Part shown: positions 10,251-20,684 of the stretch, piece by piece
Layout: each line of letters begins with the position of its first letter
How positions within the stretch are numbered: position 1 is the stretch's first letter
Assembly (NCBI GenBank): GCA_003221035.1
Contig: QHUB01000013.1
Coordinates: forward strand, 23,259 to 87,258
Length of the DNA: 64,000 bases
Source of the DNA: Gemmatimonadota bacterium
Lineage (GTDB): Bacteria > Gemmatimonadota > Gemmatimonadetes > Gemmatimonadales > GWC2-71-9
Direction of reading: 5' to 3'
Program-made: the position numbers and the translations under genes
The notes under the pieces: generated by a model
Told to the model about the DNA's origin: nothing
The model's database searches: none
What the model saw: the letters and a program-made list of their open reading frames with translations, nothing else

Positions 10251-11903
10251 GTGCGGTTGCCGGCCGTGCTGCTCGCCGCGGCGCTCGCGCTGGCGTACAA
10301 CCTGGGCGGGTATCCCCTGCTCGAACCCGACGAGGGACGTAATGCGGAGGTCGCACGCGAGATCGCGGCGACCAACGACTACGTGCTTCCCCGGCTCAAC
10401 GGCCTGCCTTATCTCGACAAGCCCGTCGTGTATTTTGGCGCGGCTGCGGCAGTGATGGAGGTATTGGGGCCGACGGAGACGGCTGCCCGGCTGCCCGCCT
10501 ATCTCTTTACGCTGGCCACGATCGTCGTCGTAGTCTGGTTCGCGCGGCGGCGCTGGGGAAACGACGCCGGCTGGCTCGCCGGACTTGCGCTGGCGACCAT
10601 GCCGCTCGTGCTCGCGTACGCGCGCACGACGATCATGGACAGCGCGCTGTCCTTCTGCACGACGTTGGCCATTCTGGCGTTCTGGGACGGGCGCCCGGTG
10701 TTGGCGTGGGCAGCCATGGGACTCGGCGCGATCACCAAGGGTCCGGTCGCAATCCTGGTTCCGCTCGTCACGCTCATTCCCTACGCCCTGCTGACCGGCG
10801 CAAAGATTCGCCGGCTGTTTCCACTTGCGGGCCTCGGCATCTTCGTTCTCGTCGCGCTGCCCTGGTTCATCGCCGTGTCGCACCGCGTCCCCGACTTCCC
10901 GCACTATGTCTTTGTGCGCGAGACGTTCGAGCGTGTGACCACCAGGAGCTTTCATCGCACCGCGCCGTTCTGGTACTACCTGCCGATCGTGCCGGTTGCG
11001 GCGTTCCCGTGGACCGTGCCCGCACTGGGTCGGCTGAAGAACTGGCGTTTTACCTGGCTTGCGCGCCGCGTGAATCCGCAGGCACAGGAGTCGGTGCTGC
11101 TCGCATCCTGGGTCCTCGGTCCCCTGCTCTTCTTCACGCTGAATCAGTCGAAGCTGCCCCAGTATGTGCTCCCGCTGATGCCGGCGTTCGCGCTCGCCGC
11201 GGCGCGCGTGCTCACGCGTGAGGCCCCGGAGCTCGGCGGCGGCATTGGGGTGGCGCGACGCACGTACGTCGCGCTCGCGGGGGTACTGGGTCTCGCCCTC
11301 GTGTCGCTCACTATCTGGCTGCACCCGCCGTTCGCACTGACACCGGCAGAGCGAGCGGCGATTCCCCCGACTGCGCTGGCGCTCGGCATCGTGTTGCTCG
11401 CGTCGGGCGCCATCGTGTGGCATGCCGGGCGAGCTCAACGTCCGCGACCCGCATTGCTCGTTCTGGGATATGCCCTGATCGTGATGGCCACGCCGATCGT
11501 GTCACGCCGGCTGATGGCGGCCGTCGGGGAGGACCGCTCGAGCGCGCGTCTTGCGCAAGTCATCCAGAACAGTGGCGCGGACGTTTTAGGCGTTGGCGCC
11601 TTCCCGACGTCGTTGCCGTTCTACCTGAGACGCCCCATTCCTGTCGCAACGGCGACCGGCCGGGAGCTGACCAGCACATACATCGCGGACCATTACGACC
11701 AGTTTCGCGCGGACAGCGCCTCGCCGCTCGCGCCGCAGGATTCCTGGCGCGAGCGCGCAGCACGCTGCCCAACGCCGACGGTTTTCGTCGTGCGCGCGGG
11801 AGATAAACGACTCCGCGCGGCATTCGACTCGCTGTTGACTCTGCTGGCCGTCGAAGGCCACTACGCAGCCTACGGACCATGTGCGGCATCTTCGGCGCGA
11901 TAG
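10251..11903 (+). CDS. GT39/GT83-type (ArnT/PMT-like) polyprenyl-phosphate-sugar glycosyltransferase
   Basis: Start set to in-frame GTG 10251, after the stop of the previous gene. Multi-TM protein with N-terminal loop YPLLEPDEGRNAEVAREIA...LNGLPYLDKPV, typical of ArnT-like enzymes. Confidence 0.75.
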   Translation: MRLPAVLLAAALALAYNLGGYPLLEPDEGRNAEVAREIAATNDYVLPRLNGLPYLDKPVVYFGAAAAVMEVLGPTETAARLPAYLFTLATIVVVVWFARRRWGNDAGWLAGLALATMPLVLAYARTTIMDSALSFCTTLAILAFWDGRPVLAWAAMGLGAITKGPVAILVPLVTLIPYALLTGAKIRRLFPLAGLGIFVLVALPWFIAVSHRVPDFPHYVFVRETFERVTTRSFHRTAPFWYYLPIVPVAAFPWTVPALGRLKNWRFTWLARRVNPQAQESVLLASWVLGPLLFFTLNQSKLPQYVLPLMPAFALAAARVLTREAPELGGGIGVARRTYVALAGVLGLALVSLTIWLHPPFALTPAERAAIPPTALALGIVLLASGAIVWHAGRAQRPRPALLVLGYALIVMATPIVSRRLMAAVGEDRSSARLAQVIQNSGADVLGVGAFPTSLPFYLRRPIPVATATGRELTSTYIADHYDQFRADSASPLAPQDSWRERAARCPTPTVFVVRAGDKRLRAAFDSLLTLLAVEGHYAAYGPCAASSAR

Positions 11904-13684
11904 CGCTGCGGGACGCGCCGCTGCGCGATCCGCAGTCCGTCGAGCGGATGGCTGCCGTGCTGCGCCACCGCGGCCCTGACGGCGAGTGCATCGTCGGCCA
12001 TGAGCGCGCGCGCATCGGCGCGCGCCGCCTCGCCATCATGGACCTCACCACGGGCGACCAGCCGTTCCAGAATCCGGACCGCACAATCTGGATGGTCTGC
12101 AACGGCGAGATCTACAATGCGCCCGCGCTGCGACGCGAAGCGCAAGGCTGGGGCTATCCGTTTCGCTCGCGCGGTGACATCGAGAACATCGTGCCATTCT
12201 ACGAGCGCTTTGGCGCCGACGCGGTGGCCCGACTCGAGGGCATGTTCGGCCTGGCGGTCTGGGACGACGCGAACCGGCGGCTCGTGCTGGCGCGCGATCG
12301 CGCCGGAGAAAAGCCGCTCTTCTGGACCGACATCGACGGCGAGCTGAGGTTCGCGTCCGAGATTCAGGCGCTGCTCGAGTTTCCCGACCAGCCGCGCCGC
12401 GTGGATCGCACAGCGCTGTCGCTCTATCACGCGCTGGGTTACGTGCCCGCTCCATACACGATGTTCGACGGCATCAACAAGCTCCCGCCCGCATCGCTCC
12501 TGGTTGCTGAAAACGGCCGTGTGGAGATTCGCGCGTACTGGAGCGCAGCCGAGGTAGCGAGCCGGTCCTCAACGCTGTCGCTCGACGACGCCGACGAGCT
12601 TCGGGAGCTGTTGCTCCGCGCGGTCAAGCGCGAGCTGATGTCCGATGTGCCGTTCGGCATCTTCACGAGCGGGGGGCTCGACTCGTCGCTCCTCGTGGCG
12701 GCAACCGCGCGGGCGGTTCCGGACGAGCGCATTCACACCTACGCGGTGCGTTTCACGGAGCCGGGCTACGACGAAAGCGATTACGCCGAAGCGGTCACGC
12801 ACGAGATCCGGTCGGTCCATCACGTGGTGACGGCCGACGACGAGTCGCTCGGCCGTGCGCTCGAGGTCGTGTCGCGCTCGCTGGCGGAACCGCTCGGCGA
12901 TCCAGCCGTCCTGCCCACGTGGCTTCTGGCGGAGGCGGCGCGCGAGCACGTCAAGGTGATTCTGTCCGGCGAAGGCGCCGACGAGCTGTTCGGCGGCTAC
13001 CCCACCTACCTCGGCCACAAGTACGCCGAGACATGGCAACGAGTGCCCGGCATGCTACGGCGCGCCGCGCGGTGGACCGTCGATCGCTGGCCGTCCTCCA
13101 CCGGCAAGATGACGCTCGAGTACATGGTCAAGCAGTTCCTCGCGGCCTCCGAGATGCCCTGGATGGAGCGTCACCTCACCTGGCTTGGAGCACTGACGAT
13201 CGACGCTGGGGTGATCGCGGAGCTCGCCTGCAAGCTCGCCGGCTTCCCGCATGACGTCCCGCTGAACCGGGTGATGTGGTTCGACTTTTCGACCTATCTG
13301 CCGGACGACCTTTTGGTAAAAGTCGATCGTGCCACGATGCTGGCGTCGGTCGAGGCGCGCGCGCCCTTTCTCGACCGGGAACTCATGGAGCTCGTTCTTC
13401 CCGCAGCCGCGGGCCTCAAGGTGCGGGGCCTCACCACTAAGGCGATATTAAAGGAAGCAGCGCGCGGACTCGTGCCGGACGCGGTCATCCGGCGCAGGAA
13501 ACGCGGGCTCTCAGTTCCAGTCGCGCGCTGGCTGAATACGGGGCTCGCCCCCCTTGCCGATCGTCTGCTCGACACGCCGCTCCTCGCCGAGCACCGGGGC
13601 GGCCGGCGTAACCACGCGCGGAGACTGTGGCCACAACTCATGCTCGCCCTGTGGAGCGAGCGCTGGGGGGTTTCTCTCCGGTGA
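11879..13684 (+). CDS. asnB: asparagine synthase (glutamine-hydrolysing) family amidotransferase
   Basis: MCGIFG Ntn-glutaminase start and SGGLDSS PP-loop. The start overlaps the end of the GT39 gene by 25 nt. Confidence 0.9.
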   Translation: MCGIFGAIALRDAPLRDPQSVERMAAVLRHRGPDGECIVGHERARIGARRLAIMDLTTGDQPFQNPDRTIWMVCNGEIYNAPALRREAQGWGYPFRSRGDIENIVPFYERFGADAVARLEGMFGLAVWDDANRRLVLARDRAGEKPLFWTDIDGELRFASEIQALLEFPDQPRRVDRTALSLYHALGYVPAPYTMFDGINKLPPASLLVAENGRVEIRAYWSAAEVASRSSTLSLDDADELRELLLRAVKRELMSDVPFGIFTSGGLDSSLLVAATARAVPDERIHTYAVRFTEPGYDESDYAEAVTHEIRSVHHVVTADDESLGRALEVVSRSLAEPLGDPAVLPTWLLAEAAREHVKVILSGEGADELFGGYPTYLGHKYAETWQRVPGMLRRAARWTVDRWPSSTGKMTLEYMVKQFLAASEMPWMERHLTWLGALTIDAGVIAELACKLAGFPHDVPLNRVMWFDFSTYLPDDLLVKVDRATMLASVEARAPFLDRELMELVLPAAAGLKVRGLTTKAILKEAARGLVPDAVIRRRKRGLSVPVARWLNTGLAPLADRLLDTPLLAEHRGGRRNHARRLWPQLMLALWSERWGVSLR

Positions 13685-14271
13685 ACCGTCAGGAAGCGCT
13701 GTCGATCTTGCAGGAGCACACTCAGTCGGCCTCCCTGCGGCAGCACATGCTGGCCGTGGAAGCCGCGATGCGCGCGTACGCGACCCGGTTCGGAGAGGAC
13801 CAGGAGTCCTGGGGCATCGTCGGACTGCTGCACGATTTCGACTACGAGAAATTCCCCAACGCCGAGCACTCGGCCACCGAGGGGCATCCAGCCTGGGGTG
13901 TGAACCTGCTGCGCTCCCGCGGCGTGGCCGAGCCGCTGCTGCGCGCGATCCTGGGACATGCGACGTACTCCGGTGTACCGCGTGACACACAGATGGCAAG
14001 GGCGCTGTTCGCGGTGGACGAGTTGTGCGGTTTCCTGGTCGCGTGCGCTCTCGTGCGCCCGTCGAAGAGTTTTTCGGATCTCGAGGTCTCGTCGGTGAAA
14101 AAGAAGCTCAAGGACAAGGCATTTGCGCGCGGCGTGAATCGCGATGAGGTGCGCCAGGGTGCGGAAGAGTTGGGCGTCCCGCTCGACGAGCACATCGCGT
14201 TCTGCATCCAGGCGTTGCGTCCTGTCGAGGCGTCGCTCGCTCTTGGCGGAGGGGCGCCCGCCGGCGGCTGA
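13681..14271 (+). CDS. HD domain phosphohydrolase
   Basis: GTG 13681 overlaps the asnB TGA (an alternative ATG lies at 13627). Motifs HMLAVEAAMRAYA..GLLHDFDYE. Confidence 0.7.
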   Translation: MNRQEALSILQEHTQSASLRQHMLAVEAAMRAYATRFGEDQESWGIVGLLHDFDYEKFPNAEHSATEGHPAWGVNLLRSRGVAEPLLRAILGHATYSGVPRDTQMARALFAVDELCGFLVACALVRPSKSFSDLEVSSVKKKLKDKAFARGVNRDEVRQGAEELGVPLDEHIAFCIQALRPVEASLALGGGAPAGG

Positions 14272-15680
14272 TGGATCGTCCGTTTTCCCGAGCGCTGGAT
14301 CGCGCCACCGGCGCGCGGCCGATTCCCGGCAATCTGGTCCGCCATCTCGCGCTCAGCAGCGACGCGCTGGAGGCGATGCTCCAGATGATCGCGAGCGCGC
14401 AGCGCACGATTCACTTCGAGAACTACATCATTCACGACGACGAGACCGGCAGCCGGTTCGCGACGGCATGGGCCGAGCGCGCGCGCGCCGGCGTGCGTGT
14501 GCGCATCCTCTACGATGCGTTCGGGTGTCGCAGCACCAGCGCGGGATTCTGGCGCGAGCTGCGCGACTATGGCGTAGACGTCCGGCCGTTCCGCCCGCTC
14601 TGGACCAGCGGACCCATCGAAGCCTTCAGCCGCGATCATCGCAAGTTGGTCGTCGTCGATGGCGAGCGGGCGATGACCGGCGGCCTCTGCATCGGTGACG
14701 AATGGGCTGGGGACCCCAGGGTGGGGCAACCGTGTTGGCGCGATACCATGGTCGTGGTCTGTGGACCGGCCGTGGCCGCGCTCGAGGCGTCGTTCGCGCG
14801 GATGTGGGCCCGCGCCGGTCCGCCCCTGCCCGATGACGAGACCGCGTCCGGTCCGGACGAGTGCGGCCCCTCGGCTGTCCGTGTCGTAGAGGGTTTCCCC
14901 GGACAATCGCGCATCTATCGGGCGGTGCAGCTGCTCGCGGCGGCAGTGACCGAGCGATTGTGGATCACCGACGCGTACCTCGTTGCGCCCCCGTCGCTCT
15001 ACGCGGCTTTCGTGGACGCGGCTCGCAGCGGCGTCGATGTGCGCCTGCTCCTGCCGGGCACTTCGGATATTCCCATCGTGCGCATCTTCACGCGCACCGG
15101 TTACCGCGAGCTGCTCCATGCCGGCGCCCGGATCTTCGAGTATCGCGGACCGATGCTACACGCCAAGACCCTTGTGGGAGACCACGAGTGGGCGCGTGTA
15201 GGCTCGAGCAACCTCAATGTCTCGAGCCTGCTCGGGAATTACGAGCTCGATCTCGTGGCCGAACAGGATGGTTTGACCGCGACCCTCGCGACTCAGTTCC
15301 TGCACGACATGGCGCAGAGTCGTGAAATCGTGCTCATGGCTCATCGCCGTCTACCGCTGCCACCGCGGCTCGTGGTCACCGCGGCGGTCCATCCCGCCCA
15401 TGCGCTGGCGCCGCCGCAGACGGTCGTCCAGCACTACAAGCGGTCGCTGCGAGAGCGTCAGGCTGCGGCGGCGGTCGCGCTGATGCAGGCTGCGGGAGGC
15501 GCGCGCCGCATGCTCGCGGGCGCGGCTGCCGTGCTTTTCTTGGTAATCGGGGTGCTCATCATTTTCTTTCCCATCGTCATGAGCACCGTCCTGGCCGTCG
15601 GGGCCCTGGCCAGTTCGTTCTGGCTGTCCGGATTCGCCTTGGCGCGGCGTCGCCGCCGCCGCGAAAGCGATGTCCGGTAG
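14271..15680 (+). CDS. phospholipase D / cardiolipin synthase-like protein with C-terminal TM segment
   Basis: TGATG overlap at 14269-14273. Two HKD motifs (HRKLVVVDG and HAKTLVGDHEWARVGSSNLN). Hydrophobic C-terminus AAVLFLVIGVLIIFFPIVMSTVLAVGAL. Confidence 0.85.
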   Translation: MDRPFSRALDRATGARPIPGNLVRHLALSSDALEAMLQMIASAQRTIHFENYIIHDDETGSRFATAWAERARAGVRVRILYDAFGCRSTSAGFWRELRDYGVDVRPFRPLWTSGPIEAFSRDHRKLVVVDGERAMTGGLCIGDEWAGDPRVGQPCWRDTMVVVCGPAVAALEASFARMWARAGPPLPDDETASGPDECGPSAVRVVEGFPGQSRIYRAVQLLAAAVTERLWITDAYLVAPPSLYAAFVDAARSGVDVRLLLPGTSDIPIVRIFTRTGYRELLHAGARIFEYRGPMLHAKTLVGDHEWARVGSSNLNVSSLLGNYELDLVAEQDGLTATLATQFLHDMAQSREIVLMAHRRLPLPPRLVVTAAVHPAHALAPPQTVVQHYKRSLRERQAAAAVALMQAAGGARRMLAGAAAVLFLVIGVLIIFFPIVMSTVLAVGALASSFWLSGFALARRRRRRESDVR

Positions 15681-15724
15681 GGGGTTGCGGGTCAGGAACT
15701 CAACCTCTCCCTCCCCTCGCGCGT

Positions 15725-16279
15725 ATGGGAAACAGCGAATCCGATAAAGATCTAATCGCCAAAGCCCTGGCGGGTGAGCGGGACGCCTTCGGCGTGCTCG
15801 TCGAGCGCTATGCCGCGCAGGCGCGGCGGGTGGCGCGGGCGGTGTTGGGAGACCCCGACGATGCCGACGATGCTGCGCAGGACGGGTTTCTGTCGGCGCT
15901 CGTGAAGTTGGGACAGTACGATGTCCGGCGCCCGTTCGGCCCCTGGCTGATGCGCATCGTAGCAAACGCGGCGACCGACCGGCGCCGGCGCCGGACCGTC
16001 CGGCGGGCGGAGCCGCTCGACGCCGCGCTCGTAGGCGGCGGTCCCCGGCCCGATGCGGCCGCGGTACGGAGTGAATTGGGCGACCGCTTGCGCTCGGCGC
16101 TCGCCGAGCTGCCAGAGCGCCGTCGCACCGCTGTTGTGTTGTTCGATGTCGAAGGGTATTCGCACGCCGAGATCGCCGGAATTCTCGGCATCCCGGAAGG
16201 GACCGTACGATCGGAAGTTTTTCACGCGCGTCGCCGTCTACGCACGCTGCTGGCTGACTGGAAGGAGCAAGTGAGATGA
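15725..16279 (+). CDS. ECF-type RNA polymerase sigma-70 factor
   Basis: Region 2 DAAQDGFLSALVKL and region 4 YSHAEIAGILGIPEGTVRSEVFHARRRL. Confidence 0.9.
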   Translation: MGNSESDKDLIAKALAGERDAFGVLVERYAAQARRVARAVLGDPDDADDAAQDGFLSALVKLGQYDVRRPFGPWLMRIVANAATDRRRRRTVRRAEPLDAALVGGGPRPDAAAVRSELGDRLRSALAELPERRRTAVVLFDVEGYSHAEIAGILGIPEGTVRSEVFHARRRLRTLLADWKEQVR

Positions 16280-16662
16280 AGAACGAGCCCTCCCCGGCGT
16301 TCGATCATCGTCCGGATCCCGAGCTGGGCGCCGCCCTGCGCGCCGCGCTCGAGTCGCACGATGATCAGTCTGCGTTCGTTGCCCGAGTCATGGCACAGTA
16401 CCAGGATGCGCTCGATCGCGCGACGATTCCGGCGCTCGATATCCTGGCCTCGTGGTCCCGACGGGGCATTGCCGTCGCGGCTGCCGCTTTGATCGCGGGA
16501 TTCCTGTTCGGGCGCAACGTCCTGGTTCACGCACCGTCGCCCGCTCCCGGCTACGACGCCGCGATGGCACCGGTCGAAGGACCGGGTCTGGCGGCGCTCG
16601 TGTCGGCCCAAGATCCGCCTGATGCCAGCGTCGTGTTCACATCGCTGGTTGACCAACGATAG
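16276..16662 (+). CDS. putative anti-sigma factor (single TM)
   Basis: ATGA overlap with the sigma gene and one TM segment (IAVAAAALIAGFLFG). No zf-HC2 motif, so the call rests on position only. Confidence 0.45.
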   Translation: MKNEPSPAFDHRPDPELGAALRAALESHDDQSAFVARVMAQYQDALDRATIPALDILASWSRRGIAVAAAALIAGFLFGRNVLVHAPSPAPGYDAAMAPVEGPGLAALVSAQDPPDASVVFTSLVDQR

Positions 16663-16680
16663 CAGAAAAGGAAAGCACGC

Positions 16681-17076
16681 ATGTTGAATAGATCGAAACT
16701 CGCCGCCGTCGGCCTGCTCGCCGCTGTGTTCGTGGCGGGAGGGTTGGCCGGCTGGGGCGGACGCGAAGCGGCAGACCGTGAGGACCGCGGTCCTCACCGC
16801 GGACCCGACGCGCTGGTCTCGTTTTTGAGTCGGGAGCTGGACCTCAGCGGGGCGCAGCGGGATTCGGTGCGCGCCATCATCGCGCGGCACCGTCCCGAGA
16901 CCGATGCCCTTTGGGCACGGGTGCGGCCGCAGTTCGACTCGATCAAGGCGCGGATGCGTGCCGAGATCGACGGGCAGCTCACGCCGGCTCAGCGGACCAA
17001 GCATCAGCAACTGATCGATCATGCTGAGCATCAACGTAGGGAGCGGGAAGACTCCGCAAAGGGGAGGCGGAACTGA
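16681..17076 (+). CDS. periplasmic Spy/CpxP-like (LTXXQ motif) protein
   Basis: Signal anchor followed by LSGAQRDSV and LTPAQRTKHQQL LTXXQ-type repeats. Confidence 0.6.
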   Translation: MLNRSKLAAVGLLAAVFVAGGLAGWGGREAADREDRGPHRGPDALVSFLSRELDLSGAQRDSVRAIIARHRPETDALWARVRPQFDSIKARMRAEIDGQLTPAQRTKHQQLIDHAEHQRREREDSAKGRRN

Positions 17077-18392
17077 TGCGCTGGCTGATAGTCATCCTCG
17101 CCGCGGGACTGGCCGCACCTGCCGCCCGGGCCCAACAGGCACCGGCCTCACCCCCGCAGCAGCTTCAGATCACGCTCCCGGAAGCGGTTCAGCGCGCCCT
17201 CGACGTGCAGCCGACGATGATCTCGGCGCGCGGAGATCAGCGCAATGCGGGTGCGTCGAAGCGCTCGGCATACGGCGCATTCATTCCCACCGTGTCGCTC
17301 GGTTCGTCGGCGGCCCGGTCCAACATCACGCGCATCGACAACACCACGGGACGGCCGGTGCCCGCCGAGTATTCGTATACGGGCAGCTTTAACGCCAGTC
17401 TCGAGCTGTTCGATGGATTCCGCCGTTTCGCCAACCTGAAGGCGACCGCGGCGCTCGATCAGGCGGCGGAAGCAGGCGTGGTGAACGCGCGCTTTCTGAC
17501 GACGCTGCAGACGAAAGAGCTGTTCTATGCCGAAGTGGCCAATGAAGCCTTGGTACGGGTTGCGGACGCGCAACTCGCACGCGCCCGCCAGCAGCTCCAG
17601 ATCTCCATCGACAAGCTGCATGCCGGGTCGGCGACGCGCTCGGATTCCCTGCGCTCCATAGTCGAGTTCGGCAATGCACGCATTGATCTGCTCCGAGCTG
17701 CCGGGAACCTATTGGCCGCACAGGCCGATCTCGGACGCCAAATCGGCGTGGATGAACCTGTGCGGGCGGCGTTCGATTCGATGCTGCCTCCAATGCCCGA
17801 CACGGCGGATCTGCGGCGCACGGCACTTGCCACCTCTCCCGCCGTCGAACAGGCGGAGTCGGGGGCGAGAGCCGCACGCGCGTTGGTCTGGTCGGCGCGC
17901 TCACAGTACTGGCCGACCATCAACGTCAGCTACAGCAACAACCGTCAGGGAACCGAGACGTTAAACGGGGCGCCCAACTTCCCCTTCTTTGGCAACTATC
18001 CTGAGACGTTTCAGTGGCGCTTTGCGCTCAGCTTGCCGATTCTGAACGGGTTTGTCCGTGAGGCCAACCAGGTGTCGGCGTCAGTGTCGCGGGACATCGC
18101 CGTCGCTCGCGCGTCCGACACGCGGCGTCAGATCAACGCGCTCGTAACCACGCAGCTGGCGACGCTCTCGACTTCGTTCGAGCAAATCCAGATCGCGGAT
18201 GCCAACCGTGCGGCGGCAGAGGAGGATCTGCGCGTCCAGAACGAGCGTTATCGCGTCGGCGCGGCGACGATTCTCGACCTTCTGACTTCTCAGGCTGCAT
18301 TGACGACGGCCGAGGTCAACGTCATCCAGACGCGGTTCAGTTACCTCGTCGCGCGCTCGCAGCTCGAGGCAACCGTGGGACGGACACTGTGA
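17076..18392 (+). CDS. TolC family outer-membrane efflux protein
   Basis: TGATG overlap with the upstream gene, signal peptide [19 protein letters not shown], and the duplicated coiled-coil/beta repeat pattern typical of OEP/TolC. Confidence 0.85.
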   Translation: MRWLIVILAAGLAAPAARAQQAPASPPQQLQITLPEAVQRALDVQPTMISARGDQRNAGASKRSAYGAFIPTVSLGSSAARSNITRIDNTTGRPVPAEYSYTGSFNASLELFDGFRRFANLKATAALDQAAEAGVVNARFLTTLQTKELFYAEVANEALVRVADAQLARARQQLQISIDKLHAGSATRSDSLRSIVEFGNARIDLLRAAGNLLAAQADLGRQIGVDEPVRAAFDSMLPPMPDTADLRRTALATSPAVEQAESGARAARALVWSARSQYWPTINVSYSNNRQGTETLNGAPNFPFFGNYPETFQWRFALSLPILNGFVREANQVSASVSRDIAVARASDTRRQINALVTTQLATLSTSFEQIQIADANRAAAEEDLRVQNERYRVGAATILDLLTSQAALTTAEVNVIQTRFSYLVARSQLEATVGRTL

Positions 18393-19129
18393 CGTCGGCC
18401 CAGGCGATGACGTTCCGGACGGGCGACACGCCGACGCCCGACATCGTGATCCTCACGCACCATCTGACGCGCGAGTATCAGATGGGCGCCGAAGTCGTGT
18501 ACGCGCTGCGGGGCGTGGACATTCAAATCAAGAAGAACGAATTCGTCGCGATCATGGGCCCGTCGGGCTCGGGCAAGTCGACGCTCATGAATTTGATCGG
18601 TTGTCTCGACACGCCGACCAACGGCGAGTACTGGCTGAACGGACAGAAGGTGAGCGATCTGACGGACGACGAGCTCGCCCGCATCCGCAACAAGGAGATC
18701 GGGTTCGTCTTCCAGACCTTCAACCTGCTCCCGCGGGCCGATGCGCTCCACAACGTGGAGCTGCCACTCATCTACGCCGGAATGTCGGCCAAAGAGCGGC
18801 GTACCCGGGCGGCGAACGCACTGACGCAGGTGCAGCTCGCCGACCGCATGGACCACCGGCCCAACGAGCTGTCGGGCGGGCAGCGCCAGCGCGTCGCCAT
18901 CGCGCGCGCACTCGTCAATTCGCCCAGTATCCTCCTCGCCGACGAGCCCACCGGGAACCTCGATTCGGCGACGGGCAACGAAATCATGATGTTGTTCAAG
19001 GAGCTGCACCGGCAGGGCCAAACCATCGTGCTGGTGACGCACGAACACGACATTGCGGCGCACGCACACCGCCAGATTCACCTGCTCGACGGCAAGATCG
19101 CGCGCGACGAAAGAATGGGAAGCCAATGA
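18389..19129 (+). CDS. ABC transporter ATP-binding protein (MacB/LolD-type, stand-alone ATPase)
   Basis: Walker [10 protein letters not shown], signature [15 protein letters not shown], Walker [17 protein letters not shown] overlap with tolC. Confidence 0.9.
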   Translation: MTSAQAMTFRTGDTPTPDIVILTHHLTREYQMGAEVVYALRGVDIQIKKNEFVAIMGPSGSGKSTLMNLIGCLDTPTNGEYWLNGQKVSDLTDDELARIRNKEIGFVFQTFNLLPRADALHNVELPLIYAGMSAKERRTRAANALTQVQLADRMDHRPNELSGGQRQRVAIARALVNSPSILLADEPTGNLDSATGNEIMMLFKELHRQGQTIVLVTHEHDIAAHAHRQIHLLDGKIARDERMGSQ

Positions 19130-20682
19130 ACAAATACCTGGCGGGACTGGCGGTGCTCGGCATCGTGGGCTGCCACAAGACGCAGGCGCCGGTGAGCTAC
19201 GAGGCCGTGCCGGTCGAACGGCGCAACGTCGTCGTATCGGCGTCGGCCTCGGGAGCGATCGAGCCGGTGCTGACGGTCGACGTGAAGTCCAAGGCGTCGG
19301 GTGAGATCATCACCATGAACGTCCAGACCGGCGACGACGTGAAGGAAGACCAGCTGCTCGCGACGATCGATCCGCGCATCCCGCGCAACAGCCTGGCTCA
19401 GGCCGAAGCCAACCTGCAGGTCGCACAAGCGCAGCTGGGAAACGCGAACGCGCAACTCGCCCGGTCCGACACGCTGTTCAAGGCGCAGGCGATCACGCAG
19501 ACGGAATACGATCAAGCCAGGCTCGATCATGCCAATGCCAACGCCAACGTCATCAAGGCAAGGTCGGACCTCGAGAACGCGCGCGACCGCATGAACGACA
19601 CGAAGCTGCGCGCACCACTCGCCGGGACGATCATCACGAAGAACGTGGAGCTCGGCACCGTGATCTCCTCACCGACGACCGACGTGGGCGGCGGCACGGT
19701 GCTGTTCAAGATGGCGAACCTCGACACCGTGCAGATTCGCTCGCTGGTCGACGAAACGGACATCGCCAAGGTCCAACCGGGTCTGCGCACGACGATCACC
19801 GTGGACGCATATCCGAACCGGCCGTTCGAAGGTTTGGTGCTGAAGGTCGAGCCGCAGGCCACGGTGCAGCAGAACGTCACCATGTTCAACGTCCTGATCC
19901 GGATTCCGAATCCGAATCACCTGCTCAAGCCGGGCATGAACACCGAAGTCGAGATTCACGTCGGTCAGGCCAACAACGTCGTGACGATTCCGAACGCCGC
20001 GCTCCGCACGCAGCGCGACGTGGCTTCGGCGGCCCAGGTGCTTGGGCTCGATCCGAACGAGGTGCAGCAGCAGCTGGCCGCGGCACGACAGCAGCAGCAA
20101 CAGCAAGCTCCCGCGAACCGCGACAGCGCCTCGCTCGGCGGGGGCACGGCGCGCCGCGACACGACCGCTGCCAAGCCTGATTCGACCAAGGGAGCCGCGG
20201 GCGGCAACACCATGACCACGCCCGACGGCCGCACCATCCAGCTGCCGCCCGGCGTGACTGAAGCGCAGATCCGGTCCGCGTTCCAGAAGCGGATGTCGGG
20301 CCAGGAGCTGACCCCCGCCGAACAGAACGCGCTGTCCGCGATGCGGCAGATGATGATGCGTAATGGCGGCGGACAGGGCGCCGGCGGCGGGTTCCGCCGC
20401 AATCAGGGCGACCCGACGAGCTACATCGTGTTCGTGCTCAAGCAGGGCAAGCCGACTCCGGTGCCGATCCGCACCGGCCTCACCGATCTCGATTACATCG
20501 AGGTGGTGAGCGGCCTGACCGAGCAGGACACCGTGCTCGTGCTGCCGAGCGCGTCGCTGGTCAACGCGCAGCGCGACATGCAGCAGCGGATGCGCAACTT
20601 CACCGGCGGCGGGCTGCCGGGAGTGCAACAACAGCAGACGCAGCAACAACGGCCGCAAGCGACGACGCCGGCGAGGCCGTAA
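19126..20682 (+). CDS. efflux periplasmic adaptor (HlyD/MacA family) with a Gln/Gly-rich insertion
   Basis: ATG 19126 ([16 protein letters not shown] lipobox) overlaps the ATPase stop. Coiled-coil hairpin and [17 protein letters not shown] lipoyl motif. The upstream part of track ORF 18601..20682 is shadow. Confidence 0.85.
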   Translation: MNKYLAGLAVLGIVGCHKTQAPVSYEAVPVERRNVVVSASASGAIEPVLTVDVKSKASGEIITMNVQTGDDVKEDQLLATIDPRIPRNSLAQAEANLQVAQAQLGNANAQLARSDTLFKAQAITQTEYDQARLDHANANANVIKARSDLENARDRMNDTKLRAPLAGTIITKNVELGTVISSPTTDVGGGTVLFKMANLDTVQIRSLVDETDIAKVQPGLRTTITVDAYPNRPFEGLVLKVEPQATVQQNVTMFNVLIRIPNPNHLLKPGMNTEVEIHVGQANNVVTIPNAALRTQRDVASAAQVLGLDPNEVQQQLAAARQQQQQQAPANRDSASLGGGTARRDTTAAKPDSTKGAAGGNTMTTPDGRTIQLPPGVTEAQIRSAFQKRMSGQELTPAEQNALSAMRQMMMRNGGGQGAGGGFRRNQGDPTSYIVFVLKQGKPTPVPIRTGLTDLDYIEVVSGLTEQDTVLVLPSASLVNAQRDMQQRMRNFTGGGLPGVQQQQTQQQRPQATTPARP

Positions 20683-20684
20683 CC

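Noticed and set aside
11879-13684. The AsnB homolog as a lasso-peptide cyclase (RiPP cluster).
   Set aside because: It retains the Ntn glutaminase Cys (MCGIFG). No transglutaminase-like B protein or precursor peptide ORF was seen nearby. The genomic context is envelope glycosyl/phosphatidyl transferases.
15695-15700. GGAACT hexamer upstream of the ECF sigma gene as an autoregulatory ECF -35 box.
   Set aside because: With normal 16-17 nt spacing, the -10 would abut or overlap ATG 15725. The transcription start would then fall inside the ORF, and no alternative downstream start codon exists.
20064-20108. CAG/CAA-rich repeats considered as a microsatellite or array.
   Set aside because: They are in frame within the adaptor gene and encode poly-Gln. 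There is no spacer/repeat periodicity.
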